A stretch of DNA of 64,000 nucleotides from Hamiltosporidium tvaerminnensis FI-OER-3-3 (Eukaryota > Fungi > Microsporidia): positions 1,302,001 through 1,366,000 of the forward strand of contig CM061248.1 in assembly GCA_022605425.2 (NCBI GenBank). The letters run 5' to 3'. The translations under genes and the position numbers were made by a program. Below, in pieces: positions 24,509-35,748 of the stretch. The notes beneath the pieces are model-generated. The model made no database searches, was not told the origin of the DNA, and saw only the letters and a program-made list of their open reading frames with translations. Position 1 is the stretch's first letter. Each line of letters starts with the position of its first letter.

Positions 24509-25860
24509 TCATATAAAGAAAACCTATAGTAACAAAAATCTCGGCAACCTAGATAAATATTTTTGCAGGTTTTAGTTTGAAAACTCCCCTGGTAAAAATG
24601 AATTAAGAAATACTGTTCTCACTTACTTGCTCCGGGGTGCTATAGCTCTTGAAAGGGCCCGGACCTTCTTAATGATTCTTCTGCATTCTTTTGAATTTTG
24701 CCAAACTCTTATATTGCAATACCTTGGATTTATTTACAGCTTCTTCGATAATTCATTTATCTTTATAGTAGTTTACACGACCTTCTCTTAGCTTAAGGTA
24801 TAGTATAGTTTCAAAAATTTTACTAACTGCTTTTTCTTAAGACAATCATTCTACGTGTCTAAGTGATCTAAGTCTTCTTTGTTTACTTGTAGTATTCAGA
24901 TTGAAATTAATGAAATTGAATCTTTTATTTTTCTATTTAAACACATTGGTAATAAGAAACAAGAATTTAAGGTTATGAAGCAATAAAGCATGTTTTTATG
25001 ATTATAAACTCCTCTTTATCATATTTTTTTGATGAAAAATAACGAAATAAAAGTATCTCTAAATTGTGATTTTCTAGGATAAAACAACTGAGCTTTAAAG
25101 TTGATATATGTTTCAATTGTGTGACGGGTAATAATTTTAAATTATGAAAACGAATATTTAGATTACTTTCTCAGACAAATAAATCAAACGAAAATTATTT
25201 AAAAATATGTTAAGAATTTTACAGTGGATTTGAAATGGCGCTTTAGTGATCATACAAGAGTTTGTTTTCTTCTATTCTGAATCATAAATACCTAAATGTG
25301 CTTTGGATAATAGATTTACCTCTAAGTAACAAAGAGGTCATTTCTTACTAATATATATTATTTAAATTAAGAAATCCAAGTTTGCCTATTTCAACAGCTA
25401 AATCAAGGTTTATCAGGCTTTTAAGAATATTTACAGTAAATTTAATGTTTCGCGATTAAAAAACACTATAATTCGTTAAAATTTTTCTCTGATAATCTCT
25501 AATAGTTCTGAAACCATAGTAAAATCCTATATTCGCAGACTATTGTACGATCTACGTTATTTTTTAATCATTAGTACTTTGTACTAAATGAAAAGTTAAA
25601 ACCAGAATAGATTGAATTCACATATTTTTGGTCTGCAGCTTATCAATTATTGCTAATTTCTTCTCTTTTATAAAATTTCACTTAATATACAACTTCGACT
25701 AATCTTTTCATGAAAAGATCGGAGATATATCTCGTCTCTTAAATCAAATATTTGGATTTTTTAAACTTTCATATATAGTGATACGTTTTTTTATCCTGCT
25801 TCTTAAAGAAAAAGAAAGAAAAAAACTAAATTTTTTTATAAATTTATATTTTATTAAAAA

Positions 25861-25906
25861 AGACGCCCGGTGCCTTCAAAAACTGTAGAGTAGCGGAGTA
25901 AGTAAG
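25861..25906 (+). mobile_element. 46-bp retroposon 3' stub with (AGTA)n tail
   Basis: Perfect 16-bp TSD TATATTTTATTAAAAA at 25845-25860 and 25907-25922. The insert is GC-rich relative to its flanks. Confidence 0.7.
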
Positions 25907-25926
25907 TATATTTTATTAAAAATTTA

Positions 25927-27453
25927 TTATTGATTAAACTCGTAGAAATGAACATTAGAATTGCATTTTTTCTTTATATATTCATTCAAAAAATCAACAA
26001 AAATTTTCTTTAGAAACACAAATTGGTGTATGTAAAATTCTTGATAAGCATCTTCATCTAACTTATATTTCTTTCTCTTCGAAAAAACATCTTTCATCAG
26101 GTGAAGTACATTAATTGGTGTAATATTTTTAATAAAAATATAAAGGTTTGGTTTCATATTTGGGAAATAAATAAAAAAGAGTTTCTTGACGAAACTTTCT
26201 TCAATTATTTGGGAAAGTGCATCTGTTTCTTGTTGAGAAAAAAATAACTTTGTAATTGATTTTATTCTTTCGGTGAATAATAATTTGACAAATTCATCAC
26301 TTATAATATATTTGCAAAGTCTAAATTCCAACACTTGTTTAGAGAATAAATAAAAAAGATCATCAAAATTGTAAGCAAAAATGAATTCTATTTTAGAATA
26401 TTTTTTATAAATTTCATTATTTAACAAAGAACTATAACATTCAGATATAATTGTTTGAGCTCTTTTGCTTTTAAAATATTGATTGGTAAATTCTAATTCG
26501 AATTTTTCAATTTTAGTACATATTTGACACAAAAAATAGCTCAGTAATCTCTCACGTATTGGTTGATCTTTTTTTCTCCAACTCATTTCACTATAAGCAG
26601 AATCAATGATATTCTTTAAACTATTTTCAGCTTCAAATTCAAATAGATAATTTATATTTAATGTCTCAAGATCCAAGTTTGCTTTATTAAGTTTCTTTAA
26701 AAGGTGATTCAAAAGTTTAAAATCTCGATTGTCTTTTTCATAATTCATAATATGGTTTTTAAAAATCACTTGTTCTGCAAACACAGGAAAACTCTTAAAA
26801 AAAACGAGTAAAGACTTAATATAATGTAAAATAAAAATATTAAAGCACGCAATTAATTCCATTTTAAAATCATTCTCGTAAAAAAAATCAAGCTCTAATT
26901 TAAGAGTGCCCAATTCCTTAAAATAGACATCCAAATTAGTTTCAATAAGTTTTTTATATGCTTTTGATTGGGATTTTGTATTTAACAATTCTTTCAATTC
27001 AAAAATTATATTCGAACACTTTTCCTGATAATCGACGCTCATACTTGAAATATCTTTTTTAAAAAGAATAAATATTTCATCATAAAATACTTTTATACAA
27101 ATAAAATAGATATTCACTCTTCTAACATGTTTATAATTTTCAAAAAATACAGAAATTTCAGTTAAACATTCATCATAGACCTTACTCATAAATCCATCTG
27201 TCAATATTTTTCTATAAAAAATCTTAATATAGTCTTTTAATAACAGTCTTGGCTTTGAAATAATCTTTTTTATTTCTTCATTTAGTATATAATCATTACT
27301 TTCAAAAATATATAAATTTTTAGATAAATCTTTATTTGTTACTGCATTTTTTTTATGAGAATGAAATTTATCCTTGATTATTAAATTTCTATTCAAAGTC
27401 GCAATAGAAAGTCTTGAATATAAAATAAAGCAATAAATAAATTTATATTTCAT
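25927..27453 (-). CDS. Hypothetical, probably secreted protein (508 aa from ATG 27453)
   Basis: Long ORF. The first ATG gives MKYKFIYCFILYSRLSIA, which is signal-peptide-like. No domain recognised. Confidence 0.75.
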   Translation of the reverse strand: MKYKFIYCFILYSRLSIATLNRNLIIKDKFHSHKKNAVTNKDLSKNLYIFESNDYILNEEIKKIISKPRLLLKDYIKIFYRKILTDGFMSKVYDECLTEISVFFENYKHVRRVNIYFICIKVFYDEIFILFKKDISSMSVDYQEKCSNIIFELKELLNTKSQSKAYKKLIETNLDVYFKELGTLKLELDFFYENDFKMELIACFNIFILHYIKSLLVFFKSFPVFAEQVIFKNHIMNYEKDNRDFKLLNHLLKKLNKANLDLETLNINYLFEFEAENSLKNIIDSAYSEMSWRKKDQPIRERLLSYFLCQICTKIEKFELEFTNQYFKSKRAQTIISECYSSLLNNEIYKKYSKIEFIFAYNFDDLFYLFSKQVLEFRLCKYIISDEFVKLLFTERIKSITKLFFSQQETDALSQIIEESFVKKLFFIYFPNMKPNLYIFIKNITPINVLHLMKDVFSKRKKYKLDEDAYQEFYIHQFVFLKKIFVDFLNEYIKKKCNSNVHFYEFNQ

Positions 27454-28109
27454 AAAAATAAAACTTTGATCGTATTTATAGATAAACGATTTAACTATAT
27501 TAGGAAATGTAATAAATATCAAATTAAAAAATTAATTAAATGAAAAAATTTAAATTCTTTTCATTTAATAATGAGAATTGATATAGAAAAATCTTACAAA
27601 AATAATTTAAGAAAAAGTTTGATGCATTAAATAATATATTTTTTTATTAACATGTTCATTTACTTACGAATAGCACACAATCTACAAATGAATTGAATGC
27701 TCGCTAAGGTGCAAGCGCTACAATGACATTTTTCTTTTGATTTCTAAAAGTTCTCAGTCCCTATTGAAATAATATTTATTAGATAAATTAAATTTTAATT
27801 AAGAAAATAATCTAAATGAAAATTTATTTTTTTTAGATTAAAGAAATGAAATTTTTGAAGTATGATAAACAGATTGTTAAAACAAACTAAAAAAAAGATT
27901 CTATGTTTTGAAAAAATTAAATAAATTTGTTAAATTTCTTAAATTTCTTAATTATTTCAAATTTCACCGATATTTATGACTTAAAATCTGATTATGGGAA
28001 AAAAAATATTGTATAAGCAAAATATTGAGAAATATCAGGTGCTAAAAAATTATATTTAAGACCGAATGAATCTAAATGTAGAAATATATTCGGTCTATAA
28101 GAGCTAAAC

Positions 28110-28800
28110 GGGAAGAGAAGACAAAAATGTTTTCAAAACATCTGCTTGAGAGAAAATATGCCAAATTAAAATAATTGTGTTTAAATTCTTGGTAAGGTAT
28201 AAATCTCTCTGATGTTTCCATTCTTCAAGAAAATTTGTTTATAAGAAAGAACTAAAAAATAGTAATTTTTTTTTCTACAAACATAGTTTGTATTTTTATG
28301 TACCTAGATAAGAAACCACAAGTGAACTTGTAGGAATCGACGTGTAAAATCATAGATGCTTTGCTTTGCTCATGCGATTTAAAGACTTTGCGACTAGCGG
28401 AGACAAACACAAAACCCTTAAAACAAAAGAGCTAAGTAGCTGGTTTACCTTTTGGCATGACATTGCAATGTCTAAGTGAACTCATATAAGTTTCGATCAT
28501 ATCTCATGTAGAAGTTTATTAATTTTGCAACGAAAATTAAGTAGGAATCTCGGAAAGTTCTGAGAATGAACATCGGGTTTGGCCTGGCCTACAAACACAG
28601 CCTATGAAACAGATAATTACCGAAATTCGGACAATTTCCTCCCAATTAAATAAGTTATAACACATTATAGGCAAAATATTATTTGATGTAGGTTAGTTTG
28701 CGATATAGATGCGGTTTTCGTAAGAAATTCTATTACCCTGTCTTTATTTACTTTAATATCAGAAAAACGTAACAATACATGCCGTTTTTAGTAAAAGTAA
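28110..28800 (+). mobile_element. Old copy of the ~720-nt structured non-coding repeat family
   Basis: Collinear motifs TCTGCTTG, GCTAAGTAGCTGGTTTACC, ATGACATTGCAATGTCTA, TAGAAGTTTATT, TAAGTAGGAAT, ACATGCCG. Ends are approximate. Confidence 0.75.
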
Positions 28801-30702
28801 GTAACCAGAATAATAAATTTATATTTGTTTACTTAATATAATTCATGTTGTTAGTTATAAAAATATTCATTAAAAATAAAGAATATATATTAAAAAATAC
28901 AACTATCTCAAGATTTTCTGCATTTAAAGAATCGGTTTCTAGTTTTTATATTTCATGCGAAAAACAATATTAAATTGTAATTTGAAAATTTAATTTTATA
29001 GAATATTATATTATGAATATTATTTCAAATTCTTTACATAAAATAATCTAAATTTAGCTTTTGAATACATATTTTCTATAAAAGCTATTTTTAGATTAAT
29101 ATGTGTTTATTACAGAGTAATAATATTTATTTGTTTATGAACTTACTATTCTATTCCAGTGCTTATTAATTTGTATAACTCAAATTTATAGGAGATCGGC
29201 TTATAGATCCATGTGGTTTATATCTTATCGAATTACAACAAGAAATTGCACTGATTCTACACAGTACTTGCTAAGCATTTTCTTTTCAAGATAGTTATCC
29301 TCTCTCGAACCGTATTTATATGCTTCTAACTATAATTAAAATTTTAATTTCAGTACTATTCATTTGTTATTATAATTTCTTTGAGAATTTGTTTCTAAGA
29401 AATAAATTTTATAATAAATTATTTTTTAATCTCTAAATAAATTAATCTAAATTAAAAACATACTTGATTTGTTATAATTATTGCTATACGATTCCCAATA
29501 TATTTTGGTACAAAAATCGAGAAAAGGTATTGTCTCCTTAGTAAAATATAAATAAATATTGATTATATTTATCATTATACATATTTTAAAGTGTATATTT
29601 TACATTCGTAAATTTCTTAAATTAAGAAAACTTAGAATCCGCACAACCTAATGATATTCCTGATAAATAAATAAATCTAGAAAATTTTATAAATATTTAT
29701 AAAAGCCAGGAAATATCGATTTAAATCTTGCGGGTTGTAATGTAGTTCTATATTTCTTATCTATTAGAACTTTAAATTTAGATTTCTTCCATCAACGTTT
29801 ATTTAATTATTTATTTTGAATTTATTTTAAATTTGCATTAAATCGAACATTATTTTTATGGTTTGTCTTTTTAGACTCAATGTATCACTATTTTTGTTAA
29901 AAATAGACTAAAAAATTAAGCTTTCGATAATTTAAAGGTTAAAGCTTATTAGTTTCTTGGATATCGGATTCATTAAATGCATCTAAGTTTCGTTAAATAC
30001 GTATGTAAGAACAGTGTTATAAAATAAAAACGTTAAATATTATTAAGCTAAAGGCCAATAAATGAATGTTTTCATTATTTTAAAAAAAAAATTTTAATAA
30101 ACTAATTTTTCTGAGAAACGGGATTCTGAAGTGAACTAAGAAATAAAAGACAATTTCTTTTTATTGTTTTTTGGTCACAGTCAGTTATAAGTTAAGTTTA
30201 TTTTTAATTGCGAGTTATAAATGTCAAAAAACCATATAAATATCATAATATAAAATTTAGAAGAATAGTTCGTTCAATTTAATGTATTTTGTGGTAAGAT
30301 TATAATTAATGGGGTAATAAAAATCTTAATTTGATTGCAGCAGCAGAGTTTGCTATTTATTTTTGATTTTAAAACGAAATGTGGACAAATAAAAGCCATA
30401 TCCACAAAATTCTGCACTAAACAAGCAGAACATACAAAACTAAGTAGAAATTAAATAAATATTATACAATGTTAATATTCGCTTTAAACAAAAAAATAAA
30501 TAGAGATATGCCAAAAACTATAAGTAATTTGCAAATAACAATATAAAAATACAGCAGATAATTTTAAAGAAATAAAAATTGAATATTTGTCACCTCAAAA
30601 AAAATTTGAAATGCTAAATTATATTGTAAGAACCAAATGGAAATAATACTTTTAATTCAAATTATATGAAATCTTTTTGATGAAAATACTTTAATCGAAG
30701 GC

Positions 30703-32010
30703 TTAATAATCTCTACGACAATCTAGAAATTCTAAAAGGTTTTTTAGGTACTCGAAATCTATCATCTCACGATCAAAATCTTCTTTTTGAATAAACTCAA
30801 TATTTTTTACCAAATGCATCAAACTTTCTAAAACGCAAAGACTTTTAAAATCTAACTGGGTAACACAATGTAATTGGCTAAGATTAAAACCAATAACAAA
30901 ACCAATATATTTTGAATAGTTAAAATTGGGAGCAAATATGTTGCAAAAATCCATATTTTTTAATGTATAATGTAACACCATCTTACGTAAAGCCGTATGT
31001 TGATATGTGTCGTTTAAATCCAACCGAATGACAAAGAAACTAAATTCTTCGGTTTTAAACATAATTACATTGTTTTTTTTGCATATTTTAAGAAAATTTT
31101 CAAGTTCGAAATCGAAATCACCAATATCACTAAAATCGTCTAAGCAGGTAAACATTTCATCAAGATAATTATTGAAAAACAAGAGATCAATTGTCGGTCT
31201 TATTGAGTAATTCTCTTGTAGAAGAAAAGATAAAAAATGCTTTGTTTCTAAATCCAATTGTAGAGAAGCGACGGAACCTTCAAAGTTTTCTTTTGTATGA
31301 ATAGACCATATTAAAGCGCCTAAGCTCCAAATATCTGCTTTTTTGTTATAATAAGATCTATCGCGTACTTCAGGCGCAATGTATGCAAATTTCATTTTTT
31401 CTTTTTCGCTAATATTACTACTAAATATTTTCAAGGGACCAAAGTTATATGAACACAAACCAAAGTCTAAAAATTTAATGGTAACACGATCGGTAAATAC
31501 AAGATTATTTAGTTTCAAATCATTATAAACATAATTATTATAATGGAGAAAATTCAATCCATCTAAAACTTGCTTTATAATGATTTGAATTTGAACCCGG
31601 GACAAATCCTTATTCATGATAAAATCATGAACTGTAAATAATCCCAATTCCAAAACAATAGCAACATACATCTTGTTATTAATGGTAGTTCGACCAAAAC
31701 CGTAGTATTTAATTATATACTCTGATGGATTCTGTTGATAGAAATATGCTTCATTTTTTAAATACATCGAATCTTGAATACTCGAAAACTTCAAGGCATA
31801 AAAATTTCCATCGGAAAGATCTCTGCACTTGAATACGTCAGAATATGATCCCTTTCCAATTTTTTGTATTGCAACAAATGTTTTTTTCATATTCAGGCCT
31901 TCCATATCGATATCAACTGCTTGATTGGCTTCGAGATACAATGTATTCTTATAAATTTCTTGACTTACACTGGATAAAATAACTTCAATCAAACAAAAAT
32001 ACCAAATCAT
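30703..32010 (-). CDS. Ser/Thr protein kinase with N-terminal signal peptide and a ~150-aa C-terminal domain
   Basis: GKGSYSDV, YALK, YNDLKLNN, DFG, YIAPE and DIWSLG. ATG 32010 gives MIWYFCLIEVILS. A CCC motif lies just upstream. Confidence 0.9.
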   Translation of the reverse strand: MIWYFCLIEVILSSVSQEIYKNTLYLEANQAVDIDMEGLNMKKTFVAIQKIGKGSYSDVFKCRDLSDGNFYALKFSSIQDSMYLKNEAYFYQQNPSEYIIKYYGFGRTTINNKMYVAIVLELGLFTVHDFIMNKDLSRVQIQIIIKQVLDGLNFLHYNNYVYNDLKLNNLVFTDRVTIKFLDFGLCSYNFGPLKIFSSNISEKEKMKFAYIAPEVRDRSYYNKKADIWSLGALIWSIHTKENFEGSVASLQLDLETKHFLSFLLQENYSIRPTIDLLFFNNYLDEMFTCLDDFSDIGDFDFELENFLKICKKNNVIMFKTEEFSFFVIRLDLNDTYQHTALRKMVLHYTLKNMDFCNIFAPNFNYSKYIGFVIGFNLSQLHCVTQLDFKSLCVLESLMHLVKNIEFIQKEDFDREMIDFEYLKNLLEFLDCRRDY

Positions 32011-32443
32011 TTTCAAGGGCTTAAAAAACCCGTTTTAATATTTTAATTGTATTTTAATTGTATTTTAATCAGAGATAAAAAGAGTTTTTTAATTTAAATA
32101 GTTACAATTCAAGTAAAAAAATAAAATTAGAATATATTTTAATCATTTTTTATGTTCCAAGAGAACAAAAAAGTGTCTATTTATAAAAATAGAGATTTTT
32201 GGCTATCTTTTTTTAATTAAAAATAAAATAAATGTTATCAGTTAAATTAAAAATATTTTTTTTTTGACTTTTACAACTCCAAAATTAAGAATGAACAATT
32301 GAAATTTACATCCAAATCTATAGATCATTACAATAGTTAAAAAATACGGGCGAACGACATTCATTTTCTTATTGATAGTTTAATAACAGAATCAGAAATA
32401 TTAAATTCAAATAAACACGAATAATATATATAGTCAGTATATT

Positions 32444-33165
32444 GTGGAGGGAGGATAACCACATAAAAAACTTTCTGCTTGGTAATGAGTGTGTGAAACT
32501 GGTGTGAGATCATTGTTTGGATTTTTGGTGGGAATAAAACCACACTATATCTTCTGTTGTTCCACGGGAGTTGTTATGAGGAGGAGAGGTCTAAGAAATG
32601 GTGAAACTTTTTCTACGAATTTATTTGTAGTTTTTTATGTAACCAGATTGCAGACCGCAGCTGAACATGTAGGTAATTGCCATGTAAAAGCAGTGAAACT
32701 TGGCCTTGCTCACTCGGGTTAGAAGACTTAGCGCCTGGGAGACATAAAACAAAAAACCATTTAAAGCCAGGAAAGCTAAGTAGCAGGTTATACCTGTTGG
32801 TATGATATTGCACTGTCTAGGTGGACCCCATGTAAGTCTCTGAAATATATCTTAGCTAGAAGTTTATTGGGTTCAGAAAGGGTAGAGTAAGTAGGAATGC
32901 TGCATAGTCTTGGGGGAGCCCAGGGGGGCTTCGGCCTTCGATCACACTCCATGCAACGGACATTAACGAAGTCCGGGTAACTACTTCGCCTATTAATTAG
33001 GTTCTACACACCTGGTAGATGAAAGGTTTTTTGACGTAGGTATCACAAGGAGTACTGATAAATAGTTAGATTAGCAGTTATTTATGTTAAACCTAGAACT
33101 GCGTTAATGTCATGAAAACAAATATAACACTTGCCACTGTTTTAAAAAAGATGTGATACTTTTAA
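32444..33165 (+). mobile_element. Full-length 722-bp structured non-coding SINE-like element
   Basis: Perfect 14-bp TSD ATAGTCAGTATATT at 32430-32443 and 33166-33179. Highly similar to 52724-53449. No conserved ORF. Confidence 0.9.
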
Positions 33166-33600
33166 ATAGTCAGTATATTTTTAATGTAGCCATAATTTCT
33201 GCGAGTCATTGGAATAAAACCTTTGTAAAAAAAATTATAGCAAGCACAGTTTTAGTTCGAAATAAAAACATCGAGAATTTATTCATATATGATCTGAAAG
33301 TTATTTCTATTTATTTAAAATTTCTGTATTTAATCTTCGCTCCGTTACCTAAACAAACCGATTTGCAATGTCTGAACAAACATGTTTGTTGCTATTCTCT
33401 CAGAATATAAATATTATTGTTTTATATATTAAAATACATTGTATTGAATCCAAAAATACCGTGGAACATTAAAAATTGGAATAATAATAGTTTAGAGGGA
33501 GTAAATATTCTGCAAATATAATCAAAGATTATTTTCGAATTTAAAAAAGATGAGACAATCTGCATTATATATAATTTATTAAAGTATTTTCATAATATAA

Positions 33601-33825
33601 CCTACCATACTGAGAACAGAATTGGCTCTAATTATTCCTTACTTGTCGTATAAGGCGAATAAAGGGACTGGTCCTCGGGTTTGAGCGTAGGGCTAACAAC
33701 CCACCTCTTAAACTACGTTGTTACAAAACCCAAAAAAGTAAACAAACCCCACTGGAAAAAGACTGGAAGGCGACATTACTGAGGGAGGCCAATGCTCGTG
33801 CAGGGTTAGTGCCTAGGATGAATGA
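33601..33825 (+). mobile_element. ~225-bp non-autonomous RTE-like element
   Basis: Homologous end to end with 18688-18917 (CCTAC..., TTGAGCGTAGGGCTAACAACCCACC, GGGAGGCCAA, GGATGAATGA tail). Confidence 0.8.
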
Positions 33826-35748
33826 TGTATTTCACGATTACGGCGAAAAACCAGCTCGAAATGTTTAAAGGCTTTATTTAAAACATCAGGAATAGAGTTT
33901 CAATTTTGAATATGAATTTTTTGATTTGTTATAAATCTTAACAAACAACAATGGTGAGTAAAACTAAACATGAAACACCTGAAAACATTAAATTGGTTCG
34001 AATAAATAGTTGCACCAACTGGTATAAAAATTCTTTTTGGATTGTATATGCATCCCAAAAATACTAAGATAATAAAAATATTTATATATCTTTAAAGAAA
34101 AATTGAACGGAATAATGTGTTACGAGTATCTTTAAGCCTTCTGCCTTTGTATAACCAGTGAGAACATAAATTTTCGGTTTAAAGCTTTTTTAAAAGAAGA
34201 TTGTTTATATCCCAAAAAAAAAATACCAACAATACTCATCAAAATATCCTGAAATTTGATACTTAAACAGATTAAAAGATTTTAATAAAATCTAACATGA
34301 GGTTTTACGACTAATTTATTGACTGTTACATCATGCTGCAATTAAAATTTATTTTTAAAAAATAAACGCTGGTATGAAGAAAAGCGAATGATATAAATAC
34401 GGAATAGACTAAAAAAAGATGCATAACCGAATTAAAAAGCAGGTACCGCCATACTAAAAGCCTCGAAAAAATTAAAATCAAGTAGATCAAAGTAGGAAGT
34501 ATATGCATGTTTTTTAAGATCTTGGATTTCTATAAGAAATTGCTGAAAAGTGCGTAAAAATTATAATTTGAAAGAACAAATAGATACAAGAAACAGATAA
34601 GATTTGGTTCTAAAATCTTTTCTGACAATATTTTAAAACTATGGCTCTTGTTATAAAGTATAACAAGGTAAGAATACATTGTTTTTAATATTTTCGTTGC
34701 ATTTTATAATTATTTGGTTCTAAGAAGTATAAGGCTAATAAAATAAAAACAATGCTAAAATATAAGATCGAATACCCATGAAATAGCCAGACAATCATTT
34801 TAAATATCTAGCAATCATATATTGTTAGGAATTGAAAAAATATTATTTACAAAAGTGCCTTACTATATCCTTTTGATTCGCTCTGTTGTGCTTCCATAAA
34901 GTTAGATTTATTCTTTCCTTTAAGATTAAATTCCGAATATATTTTGAAAATATGCTTGAGTTGTTTATGATTATTTATGCCTAGTTTGTTTTTAATAAAT
35001 TTGTATATATTTGCTTAAAAATTTCAAATCAATTAGAGTACATTCCAACAAAGATATGGTTTTTTAGTACGAATTTACAATTTTGTTTCAAAACCAGAAA
35101 TCTTTGGCAACCATCGTCGAAATTTTATCTTAACCATATGGTTTGCGTAAATTACAATAAATGACTTAAAGCGTCCTTCGAGTACTTTAGAATACACATA
35201 TGTTTCTATGATTTGATTTTTTTTATTATAATGTATGTAGTATGTTATGTTATAATAATACTATGAAAATCTAAGTCATGAAAAAAAATCCAAAACAAAG
35301 TTATAGATAAGACTAATTTTAAAAACAATAGGTCGTAAATAATTCGTTTTTTTGTCAAGTTGCAAATAGTTTTACAAATCAATTTCCAACCTAAATCGAC
35401 ATTTTCGTAATAAATTTCAAATTCGAAGCCAATATGTCTACTTTGAAATCCAGAATCTTTCATAAATTTTTATCTAGCTGTCTAATCGAAATTCTATTGT
35501 GTTCCTTGATATATTTTCAAAAAGAACGGTATCAAGTCGATTTTTACAACTTAAATTTGTGTTTTATAAAAAATTAAACGCAGTAAAATCAAACTCATTG
35601 TTTTGTCTAATATAATATTTCGAAAACATATACTTCAAATTAATAATCAACATCAAATAGAAGCAAAATATATACACTTAAAACGTTTATTTAAAGATTT
35701 CCGCCAGAAAAAAACAAATAGAATATGTATTTAGAACCAAATATCAAA

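Noticed and set aside
32444-32605. HDV-like ribozyme at the 5' end of the ~720-nt element (GTGGA pairing with TCCAC/TCCAT, followed by GG)
   Set aside because: P3/L3 and J4/2 spacing fit poorly, and the putative P2 strand forms a local hairpin in other copies.
32767-32788. SRP RNA helix-8-like CCAGG-N10-AGCAGG, and RNase P or telomerase-template-like words in the element
   Set aside because: There is no paired GNRA loop, and the words are not conserved between copies.
32361-32813. Short ORFs over the element copies (also 52593-52954, 18316-18859, 38176-38418)
   Set aside because: They are not conserved between copies, which differ by frameshifting indels, and several have non-ATG starts.
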